DNA of 64,000 bases from Schmidtea polychroa. Lineage: Eukaryota. The position numbers and the translations under genes are program-made. A model generated the notes under the pieces. It had not been told where the DNA came from. It saw only the letters and a list, made by a program, of their open reading frames with translations, and did no database searches. Below are positions 26,001 through 41,000 of this stretch, piece by piece. Position 1 is the first letter of the stretch, and each line of letters begins with the position of its first letter. Location: contig CM097885.1 of NCBI GenBank assembly GCA_044892525.1, positions 31,000,001-31,064,000 on the forward strand, written 5' to 3'.

Positions 26001-29000
26001 NNNNNNNNNNNNNNNNNNNNNNNNNNNNNCATCGATATATTACTGATTTATATTCTTCAAACTCTCTTTCCAATATATATCTATCTATATATATCAAGTG
26101 ATTTTGAAAATAAATATAATGTCAATTGAAAAGAAATTTGCACATCTGATTTCTTTTCAATTGACATTGTATTTATTTTCAAAATCACTTGAAGAAGGCT
26201 GTGCGGAAAATTTGTGAATATCCAAAAAACATCGATATCTTTACTGATTCATAGTCAAAAAATTTCTAATAAATACTATATATATGTATGTAATTATTTT
26301 ATTAATTCATTTATTTAAATATTATTCCAAATAATAATCATTTCAAAATATGCACATGTATATTGAATTTACATATTTAAATCTCACTTCGTTAACAGAA
26401 ACCGCGGTTTTATAAAATAGGTTATAGAGAAATGTAAAAAAAGAGAGAAAAAATGTAATGAAATAACCTGTAATATTACAGTTTATGATGCAGTATTAAA
26501 TTGTAGAAGTCATGAAGTAATGAATTTTATTGCAATTTTACTGTTAGAAATATTAACATAGCACAAGATAAAAATCAAAACTAAATAAAAGTATATCTAA
26601 ATAAAATTCGTAGCACATTAAGCGTCCAACTTCTAGCATAAAATCATTGAATATTAAACGAATTTTGTGACCGATTACTTTAGCAAATTCTATAAAACTT
26701 TAATAATTTAAATCATGTCAGCTAATTTCAATTGTTAAAAAATAGTTACTTATAATTCTTTAAAAATCTACATTTTCCTCTTTATTATATAATAATGATA
26801 TAACAAATTTGCATTTTTAACTTTTGTTTGAATGATGTGACCTTGAAACATTTTGTTGAAATTCATGTATGTAAGTGTGAAAAATTAATTTGTTTGTTTA
26901 CATAACGTGAAAAAACCCCGAATATCGCACGACAATTTGAAATTTTTACGAAGTATTTTCTATAAATATAAATGTCGTCAAATTGAAAGAGGATAAAATC
27001 AAGTAAATTAATTTTATCTACAGAGTGGAGAATTCCAATGTAGAATATATATATCAACTGTATAACGGAATGATCAATCAAGAGTCAGAATTCATTAACA
27101 TAGTGGGATTAGATAAGAAAATCATTGATATGAACAAATTCACTAACACAATAAAGAGTATTATTATTTTATTTATAAGAAAGTTACACTCAAACATCAG
27201 TTTACGATATATTCCGACAGTCTCACTGGCATTATTATGTAGAATAGAAAAAACAAAAGTTATAATAAATAAATTAAATAAACTATAAAAATATTCTTAT
27301 TATTTAAAATTAATTTTTCTATAAAATCAAAAAAACTTTAAATTTTAACCTATTATAAACTAATATTTTAACATACAATAAACTATTTAAAGTTTAATCC
27401 ATTACATAAAAATTGATAGACGAAAGCCGAACACAATCTAATGTTGTCATAGATAAATCAATCCTCAACATTTACACTAAATTGCTAAAAAATTGTTAAA
27501 AAATATTTCTAAACTATATGAAAATTGGTTATTTACAAGTTTTGTAATCGTGAATTAATTATAACTTCAAAATTCACAGCAAATCTAAAATAAATGAAAT
27601 AATTTTTAAAAAATATCACTGACCTATATATAAAATAATCTAAAAATAATTATTATTCAAAATTTGCAAAAAAAATCGTGTTTCCTGCATTTTCTGATTT
27701 ACAATTGTTAAGATGCAAAATTTTCTGTATTTTCTTTGAGATTAAGGAAATCTTGATGTAACATGTAACAAATATTATGCTCCTTTAAATCGCTGGTTTC
27801 TACATTTAATTAGGACGCTGTTTATGCTTATGCATCGGGATATATTTTTAATTATAAAATATTATAGCATCAGTTTTCATACTGCATTTATCAGTTTCAC
27901 ACGAAAATATGAATCAGTTGATTCTTTCTTCTTTTTTTATCTCCGCACAAACAAAAAACCTTTGACAATAATGATAAAAAATTCTCGTCTGTTTGAAAAA
28001 TATTAATTGACTTGTAAATATATTTTCTACTAAAATGAAAATTTTTCTGCAACCGTATTTTTTATTTCATCGCATAATTCTTGTTTATTTCAATAAGAGA
28101 TAAATATGCTCAGACAATTTTCTGACAATAATCAATAAAATAAAATTTGTGTTTTTAAATACATTTATACAGACTTGAATTAAAAAATTATATTTTATGT
28201 TTAGGCAATTTTTATTTTTTATAATCTATAATTCATAATATATTTTATTTGGTTTATCAGTTAGATCAAGATATTTTCCAATTAATTTATTATTGTAAAA
28301 GCAGTTCATCCCTCCCAGTCGCATGACCCCGACCTTCATAGAATATATTTAGTTATGATTGACGCAACTATGTAGAAGTTATTCGTTAGATATTGGTATA
28401 GAATAGTTGTGATGAAAGAGTATAAATATTTTTTAATAACTGAATTTTTAGTATTTATATTAAATATTGCCTATATTTTATAATGTTTTGTATATGTTGA
28501 TATATTCCTTCTATAACAATAGTTTTTATAATATAAGTAGAAGATAGTTCTCAAAGTTAGTTTTTAAATACGAAATGTTTGTTTAATTTTTTACAGTTTT
28601 TAATAATTTTTTTATGTTATAAATAATAAAACATGATATATTTTGATTTAGTTTTATTTTTCGCTTAAAAGTACTTCTGTCGAGGATATAAAAAAGCCTT
28701 CGGGAAGTGCTGACTTTAGTATGGTCTATGTTAGACGGTATTTATTAAAACGCATTTGAGCTTTTCATTATGCCATTGGTGTCTAAACTTTTGACTCTTC
28801 TGAACAAAATTAGCATTGATGAAATTGTTTTGGGCCGTGAACAAAAAAATATTAAAATTAATTTATATTTTAATTAATATTTTATTTCAGTTTTTAATTA
28901 TTATCTAATTTAATTTGGAAAAGAAAGTTGAAGTTAAGGAAAATGAATAAAAAAGTATAAAAATCCAATTTTCAAAAAATATACTAAAAATATAAAAATT

Positions 29001-32000
29001 TAAAAAATTTATAAGTCAAACTTTATATTCTAGTAAGGTGTTTTTAAAGTTTGGTTATTAAAGTGGGGCGTGAGAATTTCAATCGGGCAAATTAAATGCA
29101 TTTTATACTAGTAAGGGTAACATTAATACATTATTCAAAAATAATATATTTACTTCAAGAATTGAATTTATTTAATTATAAATTTAATCACTAAATGAAT
29201 GAATTACTTTCAATGAATAAACACATTTTTAGGGGACGCGAAATTGATTTAATTTTTTAATTTATTAATTTTTAGCGAGGCTGTTATAAAAAAGTTTAAG
29301 AACCCCTACTTTAGATGACTGAACTGTCTTTCTAACAAGTACTAGACAAAATACTAGTACTAACAAAATACTAGACATCTTTGTAACATCTTTTTTTCTT
29401 TGAAATTTTATTTATCTTCATTTTGACTATATTTTCTCTATTTACAGCCCTGCCTTTTTTAAGTGTCATTATAATGGTTTTATTTAACATTTTGACTAAC
29501 ACTTATCTTCCTAAAGAGACCGTGATGGCCATCCATGAGTGAAATTATTTTTTAAAATAACCTAAAATATTTTAAACGATGTAAATTAATTTAAATTTTT
29601 TCCCCCAAGACAAAACATGCATGGTAGTGAACATGTTAAAATCAATATCAGACATAAATGATTCTCGTATTTACCCATTTATTTGTTCCCCATTTTGCTA
29701 ATAAATAAAAACGAAAACGAAAAGATACAAACCACAACACAACTTATCAAATGCATAAATCAAAAATTTAGTGCTCAAACCGTACACTGTTTGCAAGTGC
29801 AAGTAAACACTTCAGTAGTGTGGTGCATCGACATCCATCCAAAAGTAATTAATGTAAAGGGAAATTAAAAGTAACTGACAGTTTTCAAATGAGGGACGTA
29901 TGGTTATTCCAAAGTCTTAGGGAAAACTACATCATACATTTAAGCTTTTCTAACACATTCTTAATTTTTAGATTATTGTTAATAACATTATGATCTGATT
30001 ACATGCTTAATAATATTTGTAATTATAATTATAGAATTGAAAAGTAATGACCATTGCTTTGACATTTATTACAGATCATACAGTTAGAAAAAAGCAAAAC
30101 ACAGTTTCGCTGAAGGTAGTAAAAATATGTTACAATTTTTATCAATGTTAAATTTGAAATTAATTTTTCCTAATTTTCATTAAAATTGTCCAAAAGATAT
30201 TTTATTGTAAACTTAAAAATTACGTTGAGAAAAGTCTTGATATAAGAAACTCTACGACATTGGTGGCCACAAAGATGTTTTCAACCGATTACAGTTTTAT
30301 TTTCCTGTTTAGAATTCAAATCGACTTTAATTCAGTAAATATCAGAATCTTGCAAATTCAATAAAAACAAAAATTTAACTGTATTCTAGTGGATGGCGTT
30401 AACATCATATGGAACACAATATAAAAACATTGCTGTAAATATGCAATGCAAAGCTTCAGGTGAGAATAAAAATAAAGTTTTAAGATTTTAAATATGATGG
30501 AAAATTTTCTTTGTCTTTAATATAATTTTTTTATTTCATTATTTTTGTATGTATATAATATCCATGTTTAAAATACACAGTTTAATTGCTCCAAAAAATA
30601 TTGTCTTATCACAAAAATTTTAATTTCAATATAAGTTGACTGTCATCAATATTTTTTCAACTAGCCGCCACTGGAATCCAAAAATTTATTTATGCTCTGC
30701 GACGCAAATCATTGTTTTTTAAATATAAGTTAAAGTTAAAATACAATAAATTTTTATTTTAATATATTTTGCCAAATAAAATTCGTGAATGTAAACCAGT
30801 GTTGTCCAAACTTTTTTGAGCCACCGCACACTTGACTGATTTAAAAATTTTCGCGGCACACCTAAATTTTTTTTTGCTTTATTTGCAATTTTTATTGCAG
30901 TTTTACTAATTTTTTAATAAGAAATGAAAAACTTTTAACTTTTTTCATATTATAGATCAGGGTTTATAACTTTTTTACAAGCTTCCCCCTAAAATATGAT
31001 TTAAATCTCGTGCCCCAAAACTGTGTCTATGCAATGCAAAATAATATACTTGAATTTACTTACATTTATTTAATGATTTAATAAAAAAAATAAAACAATA
31101 AAGTACAACGGTATTAAATAAATAAAAAAAGAGTCAATTCTGTTTCTGAACTAATTATTGTCTATTTATTTTGGCTCTAATGAGATGAATGTTGTTACAT
31201 TTTGGAGCATAGATTTTTGAATTTTGACTAAATCGTTTTTGAAGTTTGTATTATTTTTATCCAAACTTTTATAAAATGTATTTGTTACTACTTTAAGATA
31301 GTAAAGAGCTTAACAAAACCGCATTATATTTGAATAATTTTAACGACCTATAAACAACGATATTGAAACATTTTAACAAGTTCATTAACATTAAGAAGCT
31401 TACTTTAATAATGTTTTATTTTTTATAATAAAATTTAGAATTATATAATTATTTTTTTGCAGTCTATGGTCTTTTATGAAGCTACCAAGTGTAGTCTCTC
31501 ATTTCCATTTAAATCCCAAATAGCAGGACATTACATCTATAATTTCAATAATAATCTGAGTTATTTTCTCTAAATTAATCCATCATATACGTAATAATAC
31601 CTGCCGTTTTACTGACCTCTTCTATAAGCCGTTCTCGTACTCATACTTTTCAGAATCACTATTTTTATGATTTATTTAAACTTCTTGCTATGCTAGTTAT
31701 TGAATAATGTCACCGAGACGACTCTCTTTAGAAAAATGCAAAAACTCCTAAATATAATCCGTTCATTTACATCTTCTAGGTCCAATGTTTTGTCTAGGTT
31801 AAAATTTTGTCCTTTTTTGTTTAAAAATGTGTGGTAAATTAATTTTGTAAAATGTTCATAAATAAATTAAGATTATATATGAAATTTTCAAATTTAAAAG
31901 AAACTCGTCCATTCTTTTCATGGTTGTCGATTATTTTTAATTATACACAAGCAGAGGTTTTTTGCTGTTTTATTTCGTTTGCAATAAATGTGCGATGTAG

Positions 32001-35000
32001 CATTTCCTTTCAGAAGAGGTTTGTTTTGTAAATATTGATAACAGAAGAATAATCACTTTCCTCCAATATAACTTTTAATGTTAAATACTGGCTAATGTAC
32101 CGGATTAATAAATTTTCCCTTATTGCACGTGAATATGATTAAATTTTTCTGGCTTCTTCCTTGATCATTGTTTGTTTTCGTTGAATATTGTGCTTAGTTT
32201 CATTGTCAATCCATTTGGTAAGTCATTTTTCCATATACTCATAAACACAGCACGTTACTTTTGTGGTTGAAAACGACGTAATTATATTTGCTGAAAATAC
32301 TATACGTATAATAAAAGAAACCAACTTAAAGTAACTTCAATATCAATATGACGTTCAATCGCACCGTTTAAGTTTCATTATCATTTATTTTAAATAAACC
32401 AAAAAACAATATTAATTAATTAAAATCTATATCCTTTTTGATGTCGTTACATAATAATATTGTCAATTATTACACATAAATATCAACGTTTCAAGGATAC
32501 TCAAGATTATGTGTCATGTTTTAAGTATATTTATAAGGAAAAAGAATAAAGGAAATCACAGCACAACAACAAAAGAACATTGATTGGATTTGAGTTTATT
32601 TGAGTTTCGAAAGAACCATCTTATGAGGAATCAAAGAAAATGTGATGAAACCACAGGCAAGTATACATTTAGCACATTTTCAATAATCTGAAAAAATCGC
32701 GTTATCAAAGTAGTATTATATTGGGTCTTACTAAATCATAATGAGAATTTTACAATCGTTCTATCAATTGTATCATTTTATATTGAATTTCATAGTTTAT
32801 TATTAACAAAAAAAGACTATTAGAGCACACTAACAAATAATTTATAGATCATAGTTAATATTTTATGAANNNNNNNNNNNNNNNNNNNNNNNNNNNNNNN
32901 NNNNNNNNNNNNNNNNNNNNNNNNNNNNNNNNNNNNNNNNNNNNNNNNNNNNNNNNNNNNNNNNNNNNNNNNNNNNNNNNNNNNNNNNNNNNNNNNNNNN
33001 NNNNNNNNNNNNNNNNNNNNNNNNNNNNNNNNNAGTTATTTTTTATATTATATTTAGATTTCTCATTGTCACGAGTAAAATAAAAAAAAATGAAAAATGA
33101 ACCTAATATTAAACAAAATATAATATAGCATTAATTTAAAAAATGGAAAATTATTTTATATTTACTTCATTCTTTTGTCCAATTCTATGAGCACGATCTT
33201 GAGCTTGTAAGTCTAGATGTGGATTCCAATCAGAATCAAATATGATAACTGTATCGGCAGCTTGAAGATTTAGACCTAAACCCCCAGCTCTTGTTGATAG
33301 CATAAAAATGAAATAGTCATGCTGATCGTCGTTGAACATGGACAACAGATCTCCTCGATCGTCAGATTTTGTTGTCCCGTCTAGCCTAAGAAATTTGAAT
33401 CCACGGTATTCGAAATAGAACTGAAAAATTTATTAATTTAATTTTCCCCTTACACACATTACAATAATATAGAAAGCTTGTCAAATTTATATATATATAT
33501 ATATCCACATCAATTTTCCTCAACAATTTTAATATCAATTAAATCTTTAATCATCTTCATAATTGGCAAATTTTCGTCCTCCATTACTTTTATTTTCATT
33601 TCTTACTAGAGTACAAATAAATATTAGGTTTTATATTGTAATATTTAGTAAATAATACACAAAAAAATTGACCGATAACCTGGAAATGCAAATCAAGGAA
33701 ATTGAATGTGGATTTCAGAATTATTTAAGAACTTGAAGAATCAATAGCCCATTATGTAAGAAGAGCAATACCAATTAAAAGTAAAAAAACTGGATCATTA
33801 CGAAATATTATATTTAAGAGATTTATGAATCAAATTATCAATATAAATCTTCAGTAAATACAATTAATGAATTCATTATTAATTAATTAGTTTACATATT
33901 TGGAAAAATAACATTTTCCATCTATTGGAAATTTTCTTTTCATCATCGGTTCAATTTTCTGGAAAAAGAATTTATAATCTTCTCGCGACATTTGCAAATT
34001 AGTCAATTATAAGGAAACCCACTAGATATTTTTGAGAAAAAGCGTTTATTTTATGCAAAATCCAGGACAGTTGAAAATTTAATTGTTTTAACCTAAATTC
34101 AACATTCTTATCATATTTTTCGTGCAATTAATCTTTAGCAACACGAAATAATCTTGATGAAAATTCATTTCTAGAAAATAAATAATATTGATCAAAACCC
34201 TTAAAAAAGATTCTGATGAAAATTCATGTTGAAAAAAAGGAAAAATTGATCTATAGTTTGAACGATATGAAGATAAACGAAATTAGTTAAACAAATTATC
34301 TATTTTAACTACATAAGGATTTTGATTGATTATATGCTAATTTACATTTTAATCGAAATTTTAAAGTAATTTATGTAAGTAATTTAATGATTAAATAAGT
34401 TTTTTATTCTTGTTACATAATTTATGTATATCTGTTTAAAATCTTTAGTGTACATGTAAGTAGTGTACGCTACCTGATAGAGTTAAAAGCGTTAATTCAT
34501 GAAGGTGTCTATGATCCGAAACAAATCTTTAATGTTGACAAGACTGGGTTATTTTGGAAACGTCTACCTAACAGAACTTTCATATCTAAAACAGAAAAAT
34601 CTGCGCCAGGATTTAAAGCTAGCAAGGATAGACTGACTTTTCTTCTTGTTGGTAAAGCAAATGGTGATTTCAAATTTAAACCATTTCTCATTTATCAATC
34701 ATAAAATTCAAGAGCTATGAAAGGTATTTCAAAGAATTTCCTTCCTGTCCTCTGGCGAGCAAACAAAAAAGCATGGATGACGGCATCATTATTTCAAAAC
34801 TGGGTTTCAACTTATGCTATTCCAGAAATTAAAGCTTATTGCAACAAGGAAAACTTAAACTTCAAGGCTTTGGTCCTAGTAGAATATGCTCCTGGCCATC
34901 CAGTTAATGTTGATGAGTTATCAGAAAACGTGAAATTTGTATTTTTGCCGTCTAATACGACATCAGTTATTCAGTCGATGGATCAGGGAGTAATATAGAC

Positions 35001-38000
35001 TTTTAAAAGTTATTACCTTCGACGAACATTTAAACTTCTTTTAAGTGAGACTGATGGATTAGATAAGCCTACCATGCTAGAGTTTTGGAAAAAGTTCAAC
35101 ATTATGAAAGCCATAGAAATTATTTCCGATTCGTGGGAGGTTAAACCATCTTGCATGAATGGTGTTTGGCGCAAAATATGGCCTGAATGTCTTCACATAA
35201 TATGCGCTGCAGAAGTTGATGGTACACCAGATGTTCGTCATGAAATTTCTAATTTAGCTAGAATCTAATTTTGAAGTTATGGAGGAGATTGACATAAATG
35301 AATTGCTAATCTCGCACAACAAGGAATTGTCTAATGAAGAATTATTGCAACTGGAATTACAATTTGCTAATGAAGATGACAGTAATCGTTCAAAATAAAT
35401 CTCCGAAGAACAAAATTTAACTTCCAAACAAATTTCCAAAGCGATGTGTTTGATTGACGAATCTATGGAGATTTTTTTAAAAAACGATCCTGACAGCGGA
35501 AGGAGTTTTAAAGTGTCCCAGGCGGTAGATACGAATATCAATTGCTACAAGGAGATTTATATTACGTGTAAAAAAGCTGTTCAGCAAACATTGGACCAAT
35601 ATTTTGTGAAAGAAAACCGACAACAGCCACTATGGACTCATCAGACCAGTGTTGTCCAAACTTTCTTGAGCCACGGCACACTTTGCTGATTTAAAAATTT
35701 TCGCGGCACTTAAATTTTTTTTTGCTTTATTTGCAATTTTTTATTGCACTTTTACTAATCTTTTTTTTTGCTAATAATGAAAAACTTATTTACTTGAAAT
35801 AAATTTAATGTAAAAAATTTTAAATTTAGAAAAATTAGTGAATGATTCTAAATAAATAGAATCTAAATAAACATAATTAAGCTGCTTACGTATAGTCAAT
35901 ATTTCTAGTAAGAAATATAAATATGATTGTAAACAAATAAATTTCGCACTTAATTGACTGATTAACATTTAAATTTGAAATAACTGTTAAAATATCCACA
36001 ATCAAATTGCCTTTTATTAAGTTGTTTGGAAAAACAGGGTTTTTTGACTTTTTTTTTTAAATTTCACGGCACACCTGGGCACACAGTTTGGACAACACTG
36101 CATCAGACAGTGATTAATTTTTATTTTGTTTTAATTGAATTTATTATTTTTGTTTTTTCTGTATGTAATAAAATTTTATATTATTTTTGTTTTTTAAATG
36201 TTTACTTTGTTCAATTTTCTTTTTAAAAAGTAGTATTTTCGTAGCCCTGGAACCTATCTTCGATCTTTACATGGCTTGCTATAGAAAATCATAATTCACT
36301 TTGCGTCATGTTTATTTGGAACGTAACCACGACGCAAAGTGAGGTATTGGTGTAGATTGAGAATAAAATAGAATCTCCAATATAAATTTGAGAATGTAAT
36401 AATGTAGCCTTCTGTCAGAGTCTTGAGATTGATTTGGTTGTATATCGAGATAGTTAGTTTCGTCAAAGAAAATCCATTATGAAGGTTTCTAATAGTTCGA
36501 CTCATTATAGGCAATTTTAGTTTGTGATTGAGATTGTTTGCTTCTGTATTTTCTTTGGACATTTTTTGTAAATCGTGTAAAAGAATGACGAATAATAATA
36601 TTTTAACAAAGTAATTTTTGTTTATTTCATTAGTAATGCATTTGGAATTTTTAATTATTTTCCCATAATTTTAAATACGGTTAATATAAGAAGTAAATGA
36701 CAATGTGTTTATTATTCATTATTAAATCCATTATGGTTTCCTAAATAATAGAAATAGATACCTGAATGTCTGAAATATAATATATAACATGTAATAATCA
36801 ACTCATAATGGTTATTAAAACAATTTTTTAAAAAAATATAATATGAGTTATATATTTTAATTTTTCTAACATCAAAATTTGATATTATTTTCACAAAATT
36901 CCAACTTTTTAGATATATTATCAATGAGTTGATTAATGTGACAAATCGTCATTGTAATGAGTTTTCACCTAGGGAATAAAACAGAATATTGGCCTATAAT
37001 AGTGAGTTGCAATAACACTATCTAACTTTAATATATACAATTACAACTCCCCTTGGTTATTATAAAATACTTTTGAATGTATATATGCATTAAAATATGT
37101 TATAATTTCAATAATCAGTAAAACATAAATTAAGATTACATGTTGTATAATTGTAAAATTGTATAATTACCCCCATTAAAGTCATTAAAGATGTCATTTG
37201 ACAAAAAATCAGAATTCGATGATTCGCTGCTTTAAGTTTAGGTAAAATTCTGTCCAATAATTCGAATTTCCCAGATACTCGATAAAGATCTTGTCCATAA
37301 ATCTCAGTTGGAATTGGAACACCTGGTGGAGCTTTGCCAAAATGTTGCAACATAAAATTGTGCTCTGCAATCGCCTGTTCAATGTGTTGAAACATGAAGG
37401 GATGATTGCAAATTTTCCTCAATTGCATTATAGTATTCATCAAAGTTCTAGTTCCACCTTTACCCTGTTAAAATTCCATAATGAATTCAAAATAAAAAAA
37501 TCACTCAAAAAACTAAATGAAACCCAATGATAAACAAAATTAGTAAACGCAGTTCACTCACTTTAGAAATCTTAAAATAAATAATTATTACGAATGAACA
37601 ATTATAATTTTCTTTTGATAAATAAAAATATCACTGAAAATTAAATGTTTTATTACATATTTATTAGGTTGATGGATAATTACATTTGCTTTCAAGCAAA
37701 AGGTTTAATAGTAACACTAATAATTTCGATTTCTTTAAATAATTCTTTATAAATATTTCTATTTATCATTTAGTAAAAATCAAACATCAATTTTACGCAA
37801 AAATTCAATGACATCTCTGTCATCACCAGGAAGGATAAAAAAAACTATTGATATAATAGATTAATTAAACAAGTAATGAAGTTGTTATTATTATTTTTAA
37901 TTGTTTCGACTAATTTTATTAGTTTGCAGAAGTGAATATTATTTTTCATACGTGATTTTCGTATTTTTATAAATTTTCTATGAAAAAGCTAAAAAACAAG

Positions 38001-41000
38001 CAATTTAATACCCAGTGTACCAGGTAAAGTATTCAATGAACATTCAACACTCTTGTATACTTAACTGACGTTAAGAAAAACTTCTGCGACTCCTGCATAA
38101 AAATGATGAGAGCCAAAAGCTGGAAACTGGTCTACTATTGAGAATTTCACTGGGTTTCACAAANNNNNNNNNNNNNNNNNNNNNNNNNNNNNNNNNNNNN
38201 NNNNNNNNNNNNNNNNNNNNNNNNNNNNNNNNNNNNNNNNNNNNNNNNNNNNNNNNNNNNNNNNNNNNNNNNNNNNNNNNNNNNNNNNNNNNNNNNNNNN
38301 NNNNNNNNNNNNNNNNNNNNNNNNNNNNNNNNNNNNNNNNNNNNNNNNNNNNNNNNNNNNNNNNNNNNNNNNNNNNNNNNNNNNNNNNNNNNNNNNCGTA
38401 TTACACATATTACCTCATTATTGCAATCTATTTGTAAATTAATTTTGCCAACTACATAACATTGCTTTGGTTTAACTGGTAAGAATTATTTAAATTCAAA
38501 AATTCAAATGTTTCAATTCAAGTATGTCATGAGCTTTTAGCGAATTCACATTGCTTAAGTATTTAAAAAAAATCTATTTCATTAATTCTATTTCAGTTTA
38601 AAAAGTTTAAGTGTACAAAACAAAAGTGCAAAGAGCATAGGAAAAAATTAAGTGTTTTTATTTTGCTTCTTTTAGCTTTTGTTTCTTCTATTTTTTATAT
38701 TATTCGACTTTTTTCCAATATTGTAAAAATATTGTATAGTTTGAATATTGTACAATTTACAATTTACAATGTACAAATGTATAGTTATATAATAGAATAT
38801 TGTACATTGTAAGTTGTGTACAATATGATCAGCTGGGTTAAATAATCAGTATACAGTCTTTATACAATTTAAATATGAAATATACACATTCTTCCAGCGA
38901 AGAAATAAAAATAGTGTTCTTGTCATAGTATTCTACAATGCACACGTTATTAGTTTTCTAAATATATTTAAAAAATTAATTTATAAGTATTTTATCATCA
39001 ATTAAAAAAAGTGACTCAAGTATTAAGCAGGATACCCATAATGAAGGTTAAATATAAATAATATTTGAATATCAATTGAGAAATATTTTAAAGTAATTAA
39101 AATTTTAGAAAACATACTTTTTTATCTTTTTCTGATCCATCAGTTAGAATGACTCCTTTACTCTGCATATGATTGTATAATGTTCGTTGTAATGCTGACA
39201 TTTCGCATTTAATTACATATTCAACTTTATCAGGTAGTTGACTTTCTACTTCTTTTTTTAACCTACGAAGTAAAAATGGTCGTAAAACTTTGTGCAACCG
39301 CCTGATAATTAGTAATGTTTCTTCTTGATTCAATTCAACCTTTAATATGAATATTTTAATAAAAATTAATATTATAGTAGCAACCTTTTCCCCGCTTATT
39401 GCGAAAGGAGCATTGAACCACTGTTCAAAAGTATTAACGCTTTGAAAAATGTCTGGTAAAAGAAAATTCAAAAGAGCCCAAAGTTCTGGAAGTTTGTTCT
39501 GCAATGGTGTACCTGTTAGTAGCAACCTATATGGGGCTAGATAATATGTATTGAGGATTTGAGTGAGCTTGCAGTGGTGATTTTTCATCCGATGACCTTC
39601 ATCAATTATCATGTATTTCCATTTAAGCTTAATAATGTATTGTTACAATGAAATCAAAATTCATTTGTATCAAATTGATATATTATAATAAAATTATGGC
39701 CATTAGAAAAATTATATAATACAGGCGAACCTGCTTACGGTTCCAAAAATAATCATGGTATTAAGCGTGACGTTAACCGAAAACTCGGTTATTATCATTA
39801 TTCATGACAATAACCGAAATTTTATTTCAATAGAGAATTTATCTATGTATTTATTTATGAAAAAAAGACATTATATTGACTACTTAGTAATAATTTAATT
39901 ATTTTTAATATACATTCAATATATTGACTAGTAATAATTCATTTATTTATTTATACATATACATATATACGCTTGCAAATTTATTTGAACCATTTTTCTA
40001 ATGTTAATTGACGTGTTTTGGTTGCATTTTTTAATATATTGTGCTGAACTATATTATCAAACTGATTTAAACAGTCCCAAGCTGCAACATTGTTATTTGT
40101 TAAAAACATTTGTATATTTTGAAAAGATTCTAAAGCAATATTGTTGGTTATAGTTGTTGCAGTTGATTCTGTTTCATCGTCGCCATCATCACTTGCCACA
40201 TTATTATTTTCATTTTGTTTTTTTGTTCCACAATGGATTCCACAATCATTTGATCCTTCAAAGGTTCTGAACATTCTTCATTGATATCCATTTCCAAATA
40301 TTCATTAAAATCAAAATCCAGTTCATTTATATGCAAAGCAAGTTCGTCACTTTCAATTAAATCTGTAGCATTATTACAAAATTTTGCCTTTTTGAAACAA
40401 TTTTGTACAGTTATGCTGGTAACGTTGTTCCATGCTTCTTTTATTAAAAGTACCGCAATAGTTTTTTTACTATTTACCCAGCTTGTATTTGATCAGTGGA
40501 AGATTCAATTGCTGCTAATAATTTCAATACAAGTAAATTTTTTAAACTTCTTTTGTGTGAACTTTGATAAAAAAGATTAAAAAAAATCATGATATTAAGC
40601 GAATTTGAAATATCAAAATCAAAAAATATTCATGATAATAGGCGGGAAATGGATATTATGCAAGATGATATTAACCGAGTAAAAATTTATTGATTTAATA
40701 GTGTTTGGCTAGTGGATTTTGAGTTTTAGTTATATTAAACGGGTTCACCTGTAATAGTTTCAAGTATTTCGTTAAGTTATGGTTTAGAAATAAAAATTAA
40801 TCCGGAATAACATAAAAATTCTAAAAAGAATGTTTGAACATTGAAATAATAGTCTTTGAAATTTGGAGATTTTGTGGTCAGAAAATTACTATTTTTGAGT
40901 TGTATTCAACTTTTTTACAAAAACTAAAATTTTTTTTTCAATTTACAATTAAATATAACCATAGAAAAGTGAATTGCAACTGTTGAACCTAAAATATACG

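Noticed and set aside
26880-27290. ORF 27025-27288 with faint kinesin-motor-like words
   Set aside because: It lacks P-loop, SSRSH and DLAGSE motifs, so the similarity is subjective.
30035-30470. Exon-like segments on the + strand (e.g. [23 protein letters not shown] followed by CAG|GTGAG) suggesting a nested gene in the BRM intron
   Set aside because: I could not join them into a stop-free multi-exon ORF or recognise a family.
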